Shown piece by piece: positions 1 through 9,913 of a DNA stretch of 64,000 nt. Source of the DNA: Alphaproteobacteria bacterium (GTDB lineage Bacteria; Pseudomonadota; Alphaproteobacteria; Bin95); the NCBI GenBank assembly GCA_965205265.1, contig CBDBGH010000003.1, forward strand, positions 3,584,001 to 3,648,000. Reading direction: 5' to 3'. A program made the translations under genes and the position numbers. The notes beneath the pieces are model-generated. The model ran no database searches. It saw only the letters and a list, made by a program, of their open reading frames with translations, and was not told the DNA's origin. How positions within the stretch are numbered: the stretch's first letter is position 1; each line of letters begins with the position of its first letter.

Positions 1-913
1 CGCGGCCGAGAATGGCGAAATCGACCCCCTCGCGCCGGTGCGGGTCCGCCATGCTCTCGATCAGCGCCGTCAAGGGCATGCGGAGATAGGAGGCCCCGCG
101 CGCATCCGGCCGGCGCGACAGCTCCGTCAGGATCGCCTTGCAGCGCTCGGCCTGGCTCTTCAGCAGATGGGCGTCCTCGGCGAGCGGGCTGTCCGCCGGC
201 ACTTCGCGCGCGAGTTCCGAGGCGATGACGGTGATGGTGGCGAGCGGGGTGCCGAGTTCATGCGCGGCCGCGGCCGCGAGCGTGCCAAGATCGGCGACGC
301 GCTGCTCGCGCGCCAGCGCGTCCTGCGCGGCCGAGACCGCATCGGTCATCCGGCGCCGCTCGATCGCCACCTGCCCCACATAGACGGCGAGGAAGGCGAT
401 GGCGGTGATGGTGGCGAACCATATGCCCAGCACCAGCTCCGCCGGCATGGCGGGCGGCGGCCCGTCCCAGGGCAGCGGCAAATGCCAGACCGACAGCGCG
501 CTGGCGGCCGCCGCGGCCAGCACGACGAGCTTGATGCAGCTCGCTCGGGACAGCACCGACGCCGCCACCGTCACCGGCGCCAGCAGCAGGAGTGCGAACG
601 GGTTCTGGAGCCCGCCCGTGAGGAACAGCAGCAGGGCGAGCTGCAGCGTGTCGAAGGCGAGGAAGCCGAAGGCCTGCGGCTCCGGCAGGCCGGCCCCGGC
701 GCGATGGTGCAGGCTGGCATACAGGTTGACGACCGCCGACATCGCGATGACCGCCGCCGCCGCCTCGATCGGCAGCCGGTATCCGAAGCCGAAATGGACG
801 ACCAGCACCGTGCCCGCCTGCCCCGCCACCGCGACCCAGCGAATCAGCACCAGCGTGCGCGTCTGCACGATGCCGGTCTCGCCCCGGGGCGGCGCGGGCT
901 CTAAAACCTTCAT
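1..913 (-). CDS. regB: RegB/PrrB/ActS redox sensor histidine kinase, 3' end cut off by the window edge
   Basis: Manual translation from ATG 913: MKVLEPAPPRGETGIVQTRTLVLIRWVAVAGQ..., several TM segments, H-box LAAAAAHELGTPLATI. Absent from the ORF track because it has no stop in the window. Confidence 0.88.
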   Translation of the reverse strand, partial: MKVLEPAPPRGETGIVQTRTLVLIRWVAVAGQAGTVLVVHFGFGYRLPIEAAAAVIAMSAVVNLYASLHHRAGAGLPEPQAFGFLAFDTLQLALLLFLTGGLQNPFALLLLAPVTVAASVLSRASCIKLVVLAAAAASALSVWHLPLPWDGPPPAMPAELVLGIWFATITAIAFLAVYVGQVAIERRRMTDAVSAAQDALAREQRVADLGTLAAAAAHELGTPLATITVIASELAREVPADSPLAEDAHLLKSQAERCKAILTELSRRPDARGASYLRMPLTALIESMADPHRREGVDFAILGR

Positions 914-957
914 GGGGCGCCGGGCGCTCCTGCCGGTGTCGGAGAGGGAAACATAGC

Positions 958-1710
958 ATGAGCGAATGGGCCGTCTCGGTGCGCGACCTCTCGAAGGAAT
1001 TCGGGACCGTGAAGGCCGTGGACGGGCTGACCTTCGATCTCGAGCATGGCGGCATCGTGGCGCTGCTCGGCGGCAACGGCGCCGGCAAGACGACCACCAT
1101 CGCCATGCTGCTCGGCCTGCTGCTGCCGACCTCCGGGACGGTGCATGCGCTCGGCGCCGACATGACCCGCGACCGCTACCGGGCGCTGGAGCGCATGAAC
1201 TTCTCCTCCCCCTATGTCGAGCTTCCGGGCCGGCTGACGGCCGAGGAGAACCTGCTGGTCTATGCGCGCCTCTACGGCGTGGCGCGGGCGGGCCGGCATG
1301 TGCGGGAGCTTGCCGAAGCGCTGGAGCTCACCCCGCTGCTGAAACAGCGGACCCGCACGCTCTCCGCCGGCCAGAAATCCCGCCTCGCGCTCGCCAAGGC
1401 GCTGGTGAACGAGCCGCAGCTCCTGCTGCTGGACGAGCCGACCGCCTCGCTCGACCCGGAGACCGCCGATTGGGCGCGCTCCTATCTCGCCGCTTATGTG
1501 CAGCGGACCGGCGCCACCATCCTGCTCGCCTCGCACAACATGCTGGAGGTGGAGCGGCTGTGCCGCGACGTGCTGATGATGAAGGACGGGCAGCTGGTGG
1601 ACCGGGGCGCCCCGGACGCGCTGATCGCCCGCTACGGGCGGCGCAACATGGAGGAGGTGTTCCTCGACATCGCCCGCGGCGGGGTTAGCTCTCGCCGGCG
1701 GCTTCCGTGA
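958..1710 (+). CDS. ABC-2 type transporter ATP-binding protein
   Basis: Walker A GGNGAGKTT, signature LSAGQ, Walker B LLLLDEPT, H-loop SHNM. Confidence 0.92.
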   Translation: MSEWAVSVRDLSKEFGTVKAVDGLTFDLEHGGIVALLGGNGAGKTTTIAMLLGLLLPTSGTVHALGADMTRDRYRALERMNFSSPYVELPGRLTAEENLLVYARLYGVARAGRHVRELAEALELTPLLKQRTRTLSAGQKSRLALAKALVNEPQLLLLDEPTASLDPETADWARSYLAAYVQRTGATILLASHNMLEVERLCRDVLMMKDGQLVDRGAPDALIARYGRRNMEEVFLDIARGGVSSRRRLP

Positions 1711-2803
1711 GCTGGGCGAGGCGGGTGCGGAACTTGTCGGTCTTGTAGTCGGTGACGCGGTAGGCCCAGCCGCCGGCGGTGGCGTTGATCTCCGCGACCT
1801 CCCCGGCCACCTCGTCGGGCGTCTTCAGCGCCATTTGCAGCGAGCCTTCGAGCTTGTCGGCATCCATCGTCTTCCGCGCATCCAGCAGGGGCTGGACGCG
1901 CGGGTCCGCCGTTCCGGGCGAGGCGGCCAGCACCACCCAGTAGTCGTCGTCCGCCTCGGCCATCTTCACCTCAACGACGAGGCCGTCGAAGGTCGCGAAC
2001 CGGCCGGAGACCAGCGGTTTCGAGAAGTCCACTTCGGCGGCCGGGCGCACGTCGTCGAAGATCAGGAAATCGAGCCAGCTCGTCAGCGGCGACAGCTCGT
2101 GGCTCGCCTTCGCCTTCCGTCCCTCGCCCGGCGGCTCTTCCAGGTTCCAGACGGTCTCCTCCGGCCCGACCTTCGAAACCGTGACCGTCTCGCCGTCGGC
2201 ATGGGTCAGGCGGGTGCGATGAAGGCGGCGCTGCTCCACGTTGCAGATATTGCGGTCGAGGAAGCGCGTGAGCAGCTGCACCGGCTGGAACCCGCCCCTG
2301 GCGAGCCAGGATTGCGCCTCGCCGCTCTTGCGCAGGAAGACGCCGCCGCCCGCCTCTTCCGGGCGCGCCAGGCCGACCAGCAGGTCCGCCACCGTCTCAT
2401 CGCCCGCTTTCGCCGCGATCCGGATGGAGAGCGCGCTCCTGTCTCCGAGGTCCTCCACGCGGATCTTCGGATAGAGCGCGGGCTTGGCAGTGCGCGGCTC
2501 GATCAGTTCGAGGCGCGCAAGGTCGTAAAGCATCCGGCTCAGCATCCTGAAGTCGGCGGGATAGCCGTGGCGCTGCACCACGCCCCAGCGCCCGTCCTCG
2601 CGCCGGGCCGACACGGTGCCGTCCGCCGTCGTGGAAACCTCGACGAAGTCGATGTCGTTCACGCGCTCCAGCAGGCCGGGATACAGCATGGCGCCGGCAG
2701 CCGGGTCGGCGCCCTGGACGCGCTCCTCGAGCAGAACCGCAGTGGCGGCTGCGGCCGTGACAGCCGTCAAAATCAACAGGATCAGGAAACTGCGTGCCTT
2801 CAT
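1685..2803 (-). CDS. DUF4340-like exported protein of the Gld-type ABC operon
   Basis: Start MKARSFLILLILTAVTAAA (signal/anchor) inside ORF 1685..3784; GYPADF motif; last gene of a GldA/F/G-like operon. Confidence 0.75.
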   Translation of the reverse strand: MKARSFLILLILTAVTAAAATAVLLEERVQGADPAAGAMLYPGLLERVNDIDFVEVSTTADGTVSARREDGRWGVVQRHGYPADFRMLSRMLYDLARLELIEPRTAKPALYPKIRVEDLGDRSALSIRIAAKAGDETVADLLVGLARPEEAGGGVFLRKSGEAQSWLARGGFQPVQLLTRFLDRNICNVEQRRLHRTRLTHADGETVTVSKVGPEETVWNLEEPPGEGRKAKASHELSPLTSWLDFLIFDDVRPAAEVDFSKPLVSGRFATFDGLVVEVKMAEADDDYWVVLAASPGTADPRVQPLLDARKTMDADKLEGSLQMALKTPDEVAGEVAEINATAGGWAYRVTDYKTDKFRTRLAQLTEAAGES

Positions 2804-2811
2804 GCGCGTCG

Positions 2812-4788
2812 CTAAGCCTCCTGCACCGGGCGCCGACGGGCGCGCCGGGCAAAGGCGACCACCGCCGCAAACACGGCGACCAGCGCGGGAACGAGAGCGA
2901 TGTTGACGAGTTCGAGCCAGGAGGTCAGCGCCTCGACATCGCGGCGCAGGCGGTGCTGGACGTCGCGCAGCTCGCGGCGCAGGCGGATCACGTCGGCACG
3001 CATGGTCTTGAGCGAGTCGGCCTGGGAGGCCGTCAACACCACCTGCTCCTCGGCCGCGGAGTCCCTCTCGAGCCGGTTCAACCGTCCCATCGCCTCTTCC
3101 AGGCGGTCCAGCAATTCCTTTTCCTTCTTCCGGTGCTTGTTTTCCGCCTCGCGCCGGATTTTCTCCACCAGGGTGAAGGGGCGCTGGAAACTGCCGCGGG
3201 AGCGCAGCGACGAGAGATCGTCGCGGCCGGTCATGTTTTCGACCGCATTCAGGAACAAGGCCGCGTTGTCGGCTATCGCCTGGCCGGTAAGCCCGCCGTC
3301 GAACCGGTTCGGGACCATCCACATCGGGTCGGCGAGCATATCGACATCGGCCACCGCAATGACGTCCATCGGCGCCGCGGAGCGCGCCAGATGGGCCGCC
3401 TTCAGGGCCTCCCATGCGGCCCTGGCCTCTTCGTCGATCTCCGCCTCTTCGCCTTCGGCCGCCTGCTCCCCGCCGTTCTCCGGCTTCGGTTCCGGCGGTC
3501 CGTCCGGAAAGGCGCTCTCCACCTCGCCCGACAGTCTGGCGGCGAGCACCAGCGGCGCTTCGGCCGGCTTGAAGGCATGGAGCACCGCGACCGGATCGGC
3601 CGGTCCCTGGACAAGCGAGACCGGCACGGTGCCGCCGTCCTTCGAGGTGGTCACCAGCGGCGTCACCGTGGCCCCGGCGCTTTCGAGCGTCCGGATATGG
3701 CCGGGCGAAGCGATATTCAGCAGCGAGAGTTCGTTCGAAACCGAATCCCCGCGGGAAATGCCTCTCCTGTCGATGCCGAGCCACAGCGGATAGTCGATCG
3801 CCATCAACCGCGTCCTGGACCGGTCGGGCACCTGCACACGGCGCGCGAATCCGACATCGCCCGCCAGCTCGCCCGCCGGCATCTCAATGCCCCAGGCCTC
3901 GAACAGCCGCCCGAGATTGGAAGCGAACCCTCCGGGCGGCATGCCGCGGCGCAGCAGTTCCGGGTTCTGCGCCTCGCCTTCGGAGTGCGGGTCCACGAAG
4001 ACGAGCAGCTTGCCGCCGCGCAGCACGAATTGGTCGAGCGCGTAGAGGGTTTCGTCGGTGAGCCCTTTCGGATGCACGAGCACCACGACATCGACGCCCT
4101 CCGGCACGGACGTGGCCGTGCTGACGATCTGGCGCACATCCACAGACTTGAGCAGCAGGTTGTAGATCGTCCAGGCGTCGTTCCGGCCCCGGCCCGACTG
4201 GGACATGGGCGAGCCCGCAATCGGAAGGCCGGTAATCAGCCCGACGGCCGGCAATTCCGGGTTGGCGAGGCTATAGACGGCGCGGGCGATGTCGTATTCG
4301 AGGTCGCGCTCCCGGCTCTCGTCGAAAAACGGGATCAGCTCGACATCGTCGGTCGAATTGGTGCCGGCGAGGCCGAAGAACACGCGCTCGCCCGAACGGT
4401 CCACCGGCAGCCCCTGGAGGCCGAACGAGTCGGCCCGGTCTTCGGCGTCGGTGAACGGTTCGGGGTCGAATATCCGGAGGTCGATCTTGCCGTCGGAGTG
4501 GCTGGCGAACTCTTCCAGAAGGTCGCGCACATGGCGCGCATAAACACCCACCTGGGGGATTTCCCGCGCGATCCGGCTGGAGAAGTAGAAGCGGAGCACG
4601 ATCGGCTCGTCGATCTCCCGGACCACCCGCTTCGAGTCCTCGGCGAGCGTGAAGGCGCCCTCTTCGGTCAGGTCGAGGCGGGCGTGGCGCAACAGCCGGT
4701 CCGACAGGCTGACCCCGGCCACGAACAGAACCGCCAGCAGGACCAGCGCCAGCCTGGCGAACAGATTGCGTTGCCGGAAACGCTCCAT
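2812..4788 (-). CDS. GldG-family ABC transporter auxiliary component
   Basis: N-terminal TM, RLDLTE..FTL, DPEPFTDAEDRA, LYALDQFVLRGGKLLVFVDP, C-terminal coiled coil plus TM. Confidence 0.85.
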   Translation of the reverse strand: MERFRQRNLFARLALVLLAVLFVAGVSLSDRLLRHARLDLTEEGAFTLAEDSKRVVREIDEPIVLRFYFSSRIAREIPQVGVYARHVRDLLEEFASHSDGKIDLRIFDPEPFTDAEDRADSFGLQGLPVDRSGERVFFGLAGTNSTDDVELIPFFDESRERDLEYDIARAVYSLANPELPAVGLITGLPIAGSPMSQSGRGRNDAWTIYNLLLKSVDVRQIVSTATSVPEGVDVVVLVHPKGLTDETLYALDQFVLRGGKLLVFVDPHSEGEAQNPELLRRGMPPGGFASNLGRLFEAWGIEMPAGELAGDVGFARRVQVPDRSRTRLMAIDYPLWLGIDRRGISRGDSVSNELSLLNIASPGHIRTLESAGATVTPLVTTSKDGGTVPVSLVQGPADPVAVLHAFKPAEAPLVLAARLSGEVESAFPDGPPEPKPENGGEQAAEGEEAEIDEEARAAWEALKAAHLARSAAPMDVIAVADVDMLADPMWMVPNRFDGGLTGQAIADNAALFLNAVENMTGRDDLSSLRSRGSFQRPFTLVEKIRREAENKHRKKEKELLDRLEEAMGRLNRLERDSAAEEQVVLTASQADSLKTMRADVIRLRRELRDVQHRLRRDVEALTSWLELVNIALVPALVAVFAAVVAFARRARRRPVQEA

Positions 4789-4792
4789 CGCC

Positions 4793-5527
4793 TCAGTCCG
4801 CCTTCTTGAGGTCTACGGCGATGGCGGCCGCGGCCAGCCAGACGCCGATGACGAGCGCGTAATAGGCGAGGTCGCGCAGGTCTATCACGCCCTTGACGAT
4901 ATTGTTGAAGTGGCTGAGCAGGCTGAAGGAGGCGAGCGTCTCCAGGAACGCCGCCGGCACCGCGTCGCCGAGCACGGCCTGCAGGGCCCCCGCCCCCAGC
5001 ACGTTGAACAGGAAGCAGACGGTCACGGTGAGCACGAAGGCGATCACCTGGTTCCTGGTCAGCGCGGAAAGGCAGGAACCGATGGCCAGATAGGCGCCGG
5101 CCAGCAGGAAGGAGCCGATATAGCTGGCGGCGATGACCCCGTTGTCCGGCTCCCCGAGATAGTTGACGGTGAGCCAGATCGGGAATGTCAGCGCCAGCGC
5201 GAGCCCGGCGAACACCCAGGCCGCCAGGAACTTGCCCACCACGGCCGCAGCGGTCGAGACCGGGAGGGTCAGGAAGAGCTCGATGGTGCCCGTCTTGCGC
5301 TCCTCGGCCCAGAGCCGCATCGAGATCGCGGGCATGAAGAAGAGGTAGAGCCAGGGGTGCCACTGGAAGAAGGACAGCAGGTCCGCCCGCCCGCGCTCGA
5401 AGAACGAGCCGACATAGAAGGTCAGCGCCGCCGCCAGCGCCAGGAAGATGACGATGAACACATAGGCGACCGGCGTGATGAAGTAGCCGGCGAACTCGCG
5501 GCGGAAGATAGTGCCGATGCTAGCCAT
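4793..5527 (-). CDS. ABC-2 permease (GldF-like)
   Basis: IFRREFAGYFITPVAYVF, MRLWAEERKTGTIELFLTLP; about six TM segments. Confidence 0.9.
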   Translation of the reverse strand: MASIGTIFRREFAGYFITPVAYVFIVIFLALAAALTFYVGSFFERGRADLLSFFQWHPWLYLFFMPAISMRLWAEERKTGTIELFLTLPVSTAAAVVGKFLAAWVFAGLALALTFPIWLTVNYLGEPDNGVIAASYIGSFLLAGAYLAIGSCLSALTRNQVIAFVLTVTVCFLFNVLGAGALQAVLGDAVPAAFLETLASFSLLSHFNNIVKGVIDLRDLAYYALVIGVWLAAAAIAVDLKKAD

Positions 5528-6485
5528 GCTCCGCCGCCTCCGCATCCGGCTGCGTCATCCGCCGGAAAACGTCGTCGAGCGCTCCCGCCTCGGTCCGCAG
5601 GTCCTCGACCTCCCAGCCATGCGCCTGAACCAGCAGCCCGACATCCGCGAGGATGGGCGCGCCGTCGCCCGAGAGCGCCGTCAGGCTCACGGCGTCCGGG
5701 CCCGCCGGCTCGCGCCGGACCCCTGCCACACGGTCCAGGCCGTCGAGCGAGGCGGCGGCCGCATCGGCGAACCGGGCGGCAAGCGTCAGCGAAACGGCAT
5801 TGTGCAGCGGCGACAGCGCGGCAAGCTCCGCCGGCGCGGCGTCCGCCAGAAGCCGCCCGCCGGCAATGACCGCCGCGCGGGTGCAGACGGCGTCCACCTC
5901 CTCCAGGATATGGGTCGAGATGACGATGGCCTTCGAGGGACGGATTTCGCGGATGAGCGCGCGCATTTCGTGTTTCTGGTTCGGATCGAGCCCGTCCGTG
6001 GGCTCGTCAAGGATCAGCACCGGCGGGTCGTGCAGCAGCGCCTGCGCGAGGCCGACGCGGCGCTTGAACCCCTTGGACAGCGTGTCGATGGGCTGGGCGA
6101 GCACCTCGGCGAGGTCGGTGCGTTCGACCGCAAGCCCGATAGCGGTCCGGCCCTGCCGGCCGGAGAGGCCGCGCATGGCCGCCGCGAAGGCGAGGAACGC
6201 GCCGGCGGTCATGTCGCCATAGAGCGGAGCGCCTTCCGGCAGATAGCCTAGATTGCGCCGGGCCGGGATCGGATCGTCGGTTACATCGTGGCCGCAGATC
6301 GCCGCGCGGCCTTCGGTCGGGGCGAGGAACCCGGCGATCATCTTCATGGTCGTGGACTTGCCGGCGCCGTTGGGGCCGAGGAACCCCAGCACCTCGCCCG
6401 CGCCGACCTCGAGGTCCACGCGGTCCACGGCCACATGCGCATCGAAGCGCTTTGTCAGGCCCTCGGCGGCAACCAGCGCCAACAT
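5520..6485 (-). CDS. ABC transporter ATP-binding protein (GldA-like)
   Basis: GPNGAGKST, LSKGFKRR, LILDEPTDGLDP; start taken at MLALV (ATG 6485). Confidence 0.9.
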   Translation of the reverse strand: MLALVAAEGLTKRFDAHVAVDRVDLEVGAGEVLGFLGPNGAGKSTTMKMIAGFLAPTEGRAAICGHDVTDDPIPARRNLGYLPEGAPLYGDMTAGAFLAFAAAMRGLSGRQGRTAIGLAVERTDLAEVLAQPIDTLSKGFKRRVGLAQALLHDPPVLILDEPTDGLDPNQKHEMRALIREIRPSKAIVISTHILEEVDAVCTRAAVIAGGRLLADAAPAELAALSPLHNAVSLTLAARFADAAAASLDGLDRVAGVRREPAGPDAVSLTALSGDGAPILADVGLLVQAHGWEVEDLRTEAGALDDVFRRMTQPDAEAAEHG

Positions 6486-6611
6486 TCCATCCCCAATCCC
6501 GGCGGCTGCTCCGGGCCGCTCCGGCCGGCGCGGGATATAGCCAACCGCACCGCGACGCGCCACTTAACTATTGGTAAGGTTCCGCCCCCCGAAGAACCGG
6601 ATCCCGATGTC

Positions 6612-8033
6612 ATGTCCGACGATCTCTGCCGACTCACCGCCCGCGAAACCGTTGCAAGGCTCAAGGCCGGCGACATCACGCCGCTCGACGCCATCGACGC
6701 CGCGATGGCGCGTATAGAGGCGGTTGACCGCCGGGTCAATGCGCTGCCGACGCTCGCGCCGGAACGCGCGCGCGAGCGGGCCCGCAGGCTGATGGAGCGC
6801 GCGCCTGCCGAGCGCGGCCTGCTGGCCGGCCTGCCGGTGGCGATCAAGGACCTGAATCCCGTGGCGGGCGTGCGCACCACATACGGCTCGCCGATCTATG
6901 CCGACCATGTGCCGGACGAGTCGGACATCGCCGTGCTGCGGATCGAGGCCGCAGGCGGCGTTGTGCTCGCGAAATCGAACACGCCCGAATTCGGCGCAGG
7001 CGGGCAGACCTTCAACGAGGTGTTCGGCGCCACCCGCAATCCGTGGAACACCTCGCTCACCTGCGCGGGCTCCTCCGGCGGCGCGGCGGTGGCGCTCGCC
7101 ACGGGGCAGGTCTGGCTCGCGCACGGGTCGGACCTTGGCGGCAGCCTGCGCACGCCGGGCGCCTTCTGCTCGGTGGTGGGCCTGCGCCCGTCGCCCGGCC
7201 GCGTGCCGAGAGGCCCTTCCGACGGCGCCTTCAACTACCTCGCCGTGAACGGCCCGATGGCGCGCAATGTCGCGGACACCGCCCTTTTCCTCGATGTCAT
7301 GGCCGGGCTCGATCCGCGCGACCCGCTGTCCTGGCCGGCTCCGTCCGTGCCCTATCGCGAGGCGGTGGCCGCGCCGGCCGCGCCCCGCCGCATCGCCTTC
7401 AGCCCCGATCTCGGCTTCATGCCGGTCGATCCGGAAGTGCGCGACATCTGCGCCCGCGCCATGGCGCATTTCGAGACCATGGGCGTGGCCGTGGACGAGC
7501 ATGCGCCGGACTTTTCGGGCGCCATGGAAGCCTTCCACACCTTCCGGGCCGTCCTGTTCGTCACCGATCATGCCGAGCGGATGAAGGCGCATCGCGACAA
7601 GTTCAAGCCGGAGATCGTCTGGAACTACAAAAAGGGCCTGGCGCTCACCGCGGCGGACATCGCGCGGGCGGAGGCCGGGCGGGCGGCGCTCTTCCAGCGC
7701 ATGGCGGATTTCTTCCAGGAGTTCGACCTGCTCGCCTGCCCGACCGCGGCGGTGCCGCCCTATTCGCTGGACCAGCGCTATGTGGACCGGATCGGCGACA
7801 CCGTGTTCGACAATTATGTGGACTGGATGGGCCTGCAATGCGTGGTCACGGTCACCTCCTCGCCCGCGATCAGCATCCCCTGCGGCTTCACCGCGGACGG
7901 GCGGCCCGTCGGGCTGCAGCTGGTCGCCCGGCCGCGCGGCGAGGCGGAGCTGCTGCAGGCGGCCGCGCTGTTCGAGCAGGCCGCCGGCCTCCACAACCTG
8001 CTGCCCATCGACCCGAAGGACCCCGCCTCCTAG
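6612..8033 (+). CDS. Amidase signature family protein
   Basis: GLPVAIKD, GSSGGAAVA, GSDLGGSLRTP (Lys-Ser-Ser triad motifs); start at MSDDLC. Confidence 0.92.
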   Translation: MSDDLCRLTARETVARLKAGDITPLDAIDAAMARIEAVDRRVNALPTLAPERARERARRLMERAPAERGLLAGLPVAIKDLNPVAGVRTTYGSPIYADHVPDESDIAVLRIEAAGGVVLAKSNTPEFGAGGQTFNEVFGATRNPWNTSLTCAGSSGGAAVALATGQVWLAHGSDLGGSLRTPGAFCSVVGLRPSPGRVPRGPSDGAFNYLAVNGPMARNVADTALFLDVMAGLDPRDPLSWPAPSVPYREAVAAPAAPRRIAFSPDLGFMPVDPEVRDICARAMAHFETMGVAVDEHAPDFSGAMEAFHTFRAVLFVTDHAERMKAHRDKFKPEIVWNYKKGLALTAADIARAEAGRAALFQRMADFFQEFDLLACPTAAVPPYSLDQRYVDRIGDTVFDNYVDWMGLQCVVTVTSSPAISIPCGFTADGRPVGLQLVARPRGEAELLQAAALFEQAAGLHNLLPIDPKDPAS

Positions 8034-8046
8034 AGCGTCCGCCCCG

Positions 8047-8436
8047 TCAGGGCAGGATTTCTATGGCATCGACCTTGTCGGCATAGAAGGCGGCGTGGCC
8101 GGCAATCGCCGCGCATTCGTCGAACGGCGCCGGATAGCTCCAGACCGCGTCCTCGGCGATGCGCCCGTCCGCCTCCAGCGTGCGGTAGCCGGCGTCGCCC
8201 TTGAAGGGGCAATGGCTCGTCCGCGCGCTCGGGCGCATGAGGCTCCGGTCGAGGTCTTCCTCGGGAATGTAGTGGACCGGCGGGTAGCCGCTCTCGCGCA
8301 TGAGCAGCGCGCGGCGGCTGTCGGCCACCCTCCGCCCGGCGAAGGTCACGACGACCCGGCCTTCCGCCGGCTCGATGTCGATGCGGTGGTCCGGCCGCTT
8401 GCGGAAGCCGGGGGCGGGATTCGCCGCGGCGTTCAT
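8047..8436 (-). CDS. DUF427 domain protein
   Basis: SHCPFKGDA and AVWSYPAP motifs. Confidence 0.85.
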   Translation of the reverse strand: MNAAANPAPGFRKRPDHRIDIEPAEGRVVVTFAGRRVADSRRALLMRESGYPPVHYIPEEDLDRSLMRPSARTSHCPFKGDAGYRTLEADGRIAEDAVWSYPAPFDECAAIAGHAAFYADKVDAIEILP

Positions 8437-9077
8437 CGCCTTTCTCCCCTGAGCGCGTTCACGAAGTCGGTCAGGCCCGTCTGGCGCGTCCGCCTGCGGC
8501 GCTCGGCGCGAAGAATGCTGCGGACCTCCTCAATGCTCGTCTCCAGGTCGCTGTTGATAACGACATAGTCGTATTCGGCATAGTGGCTTACCTCGTCGAG
8601 CGCCTTGGCCATGCGCGCGCGCACCACTTCGGAACTGTCCTGGGCGCGGGCGTGCAGGCGCCGTTCCAGCTCCTCGATGGACGGCGGGAGCACGAAGACG
8701 CCGACCAGGTCGGTCCGGGCTTTCTCGGCGATCTGCTGCGCGCCCTGCCAGTCGATGTCGAACAGCATGTCGCGCCCTTCCTCGAGCGCCGCTTCGACGG
8801 GCGCGCGCGGCGTGCCGTAGCGGTGCCCGAAGACCTCGGCATGCTCTAGGAAGCCGTCCTTCTCGACCATCGCCCGGAACGCGGCGTCATCGACGAAAAT
8901 GTAGTCGCGGCCGTCCTCCTCGCCCTTGCGGGGCGGGCGCGTCGTCAGGCTGACCGAGAGCGCGATGTTCTCCTCGCGCTCCAGCACGGCGCGGCTGATC
9001 GTGCTCTTGCCCGCGCCCGAAGGCGAGGAGAGCACCAGCATCAGGCCGCGCGTCGCTACGGGTCGGGCGGGCTTCAT
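8433..9077 (-). CDS. gmk: Guanylate kinase
   Basis: SSPSGAGKST, TTRPPRKGEEDGRDY, DIDWQGA; canonical position after yicC. Confidence 0.96.
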   Translation of the reverse strand: MKPARPVATRGLMLVLSSPSGAGKSTISRAVLEREENIALSVSLTTRPPRKGEEDGRDYIFVDDAAFRAMVEKDGFLEHAEVFGHRYGTPRAPVEAALEEGRDMLFDIDWQGAQQIAEKARTDLVGVFVLPPSIEELERRLHARAQDSSEVVRARMAKALDEVSHYAEYDYVVINSDLETSIEEVRSILRAERRRRTRQTGLTDFVNALRGERR

Positions 9078-9913
9078 TCGAGGTTCCGCGCCTGCTCGCG
9101 AAAGGCTTCCAGCGCGGCCTTGAGGTCCAGCACGGTGCGGGTGAGGTCGAGGTCCGCCGATTTGGAGCCGAGCGTGTTGGCCTCGCGGTGGATTTCCTGG
9201 CAGAGGAAATCGAGCTTGCGGCCAACCGCCTCGCCCGAGGCGATAAGCGCCCCGGCCGCTTCCAGATGCGCGTCGAGCCGGTCTAGCTCCTCGCGCACAT
9301 CGGCCTTTGCGGCCAGCAGCGCGACTTCCTGCGCGAGCCGTTCCTCGGGAAGCCCGGCGTCCAGCGCAGCGACGGCGGCGGCGAGACGGTCCCTGAGCGC
9401 GGCCGGCTGCGAGGCCGCCATGCCCCGCGCCGCAAGAGCGCCGGCCTTCATGGCGCGGAGATGCCCGTCGAGCGCCGCAGCGAGCGCCCGGCCCTCCCTG
9501 CGCCGCGCTTCCAGCAGCCCGTCCAGAGCGTCTGCCAGGGTTGCAAGCAGCGCCGCCTCGTCGCGCGCTTCGAGGTCGGGATCGACCGCCTCGATGACGC
9601 CCCGCAGGCCCATCAGGCCGGCCAGGTCTCCGCCTCCCCGGCTTTCGGCGATGGCCGCCAGTTCGTCGAGCCACGCCTCGTCCACCCGGTAGCGCTGCCG
9701 TCCCTCAGCCTGCCCGAACCGCAATTCCAGCGAGATGCTGCCGCGCTCGAACCGCGTCTGCACCGCCTTGCGGACCGCCGGCTCCAACCCGTCGCAGCCG
9801 GAAGGCAGGCGCAGCCGCAGGTCGAGGCCGCGATGGTTGACCGAACGGACCTCCCAGCGCCAGTCGGGGCCGGCGGCAGCGGCGAAACCGGTCATGGAGG
9901 AAAGCTCTGTCAC
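9074..9913 (-). CDS. yicC: YicC/YloC family endoribonuclease
   Basis: SMTGF, EVRSVNHR, EELDRL, GRKLDFLCQEIHREANTLGSK, REQARNLE. Confidence 0.93.
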   Translation of the reverse strand: MTELSSMTGFAAAAGPDWRWEVRSVNHRGLDLRLRLPSGCDGLEPAVRKAVQTRFERGSISLELRFGQAEGRQRYRVDEAWLDELAAIAESRGGGDLAGLMGLRGVIEAVDPDLEARDEAALLATLADALDGLLEARRREGRALAAALDGHLRAMKAGALAARGMAASQPAALRDRLAAAVAALDAGLPEERLAQEVALLAAKADVREELDRLDAHLEAAGALIASGEAVGRKLDFLCQEIHREANTLGSKSADLDLTRTVLDLKAALEAFREQARNLE

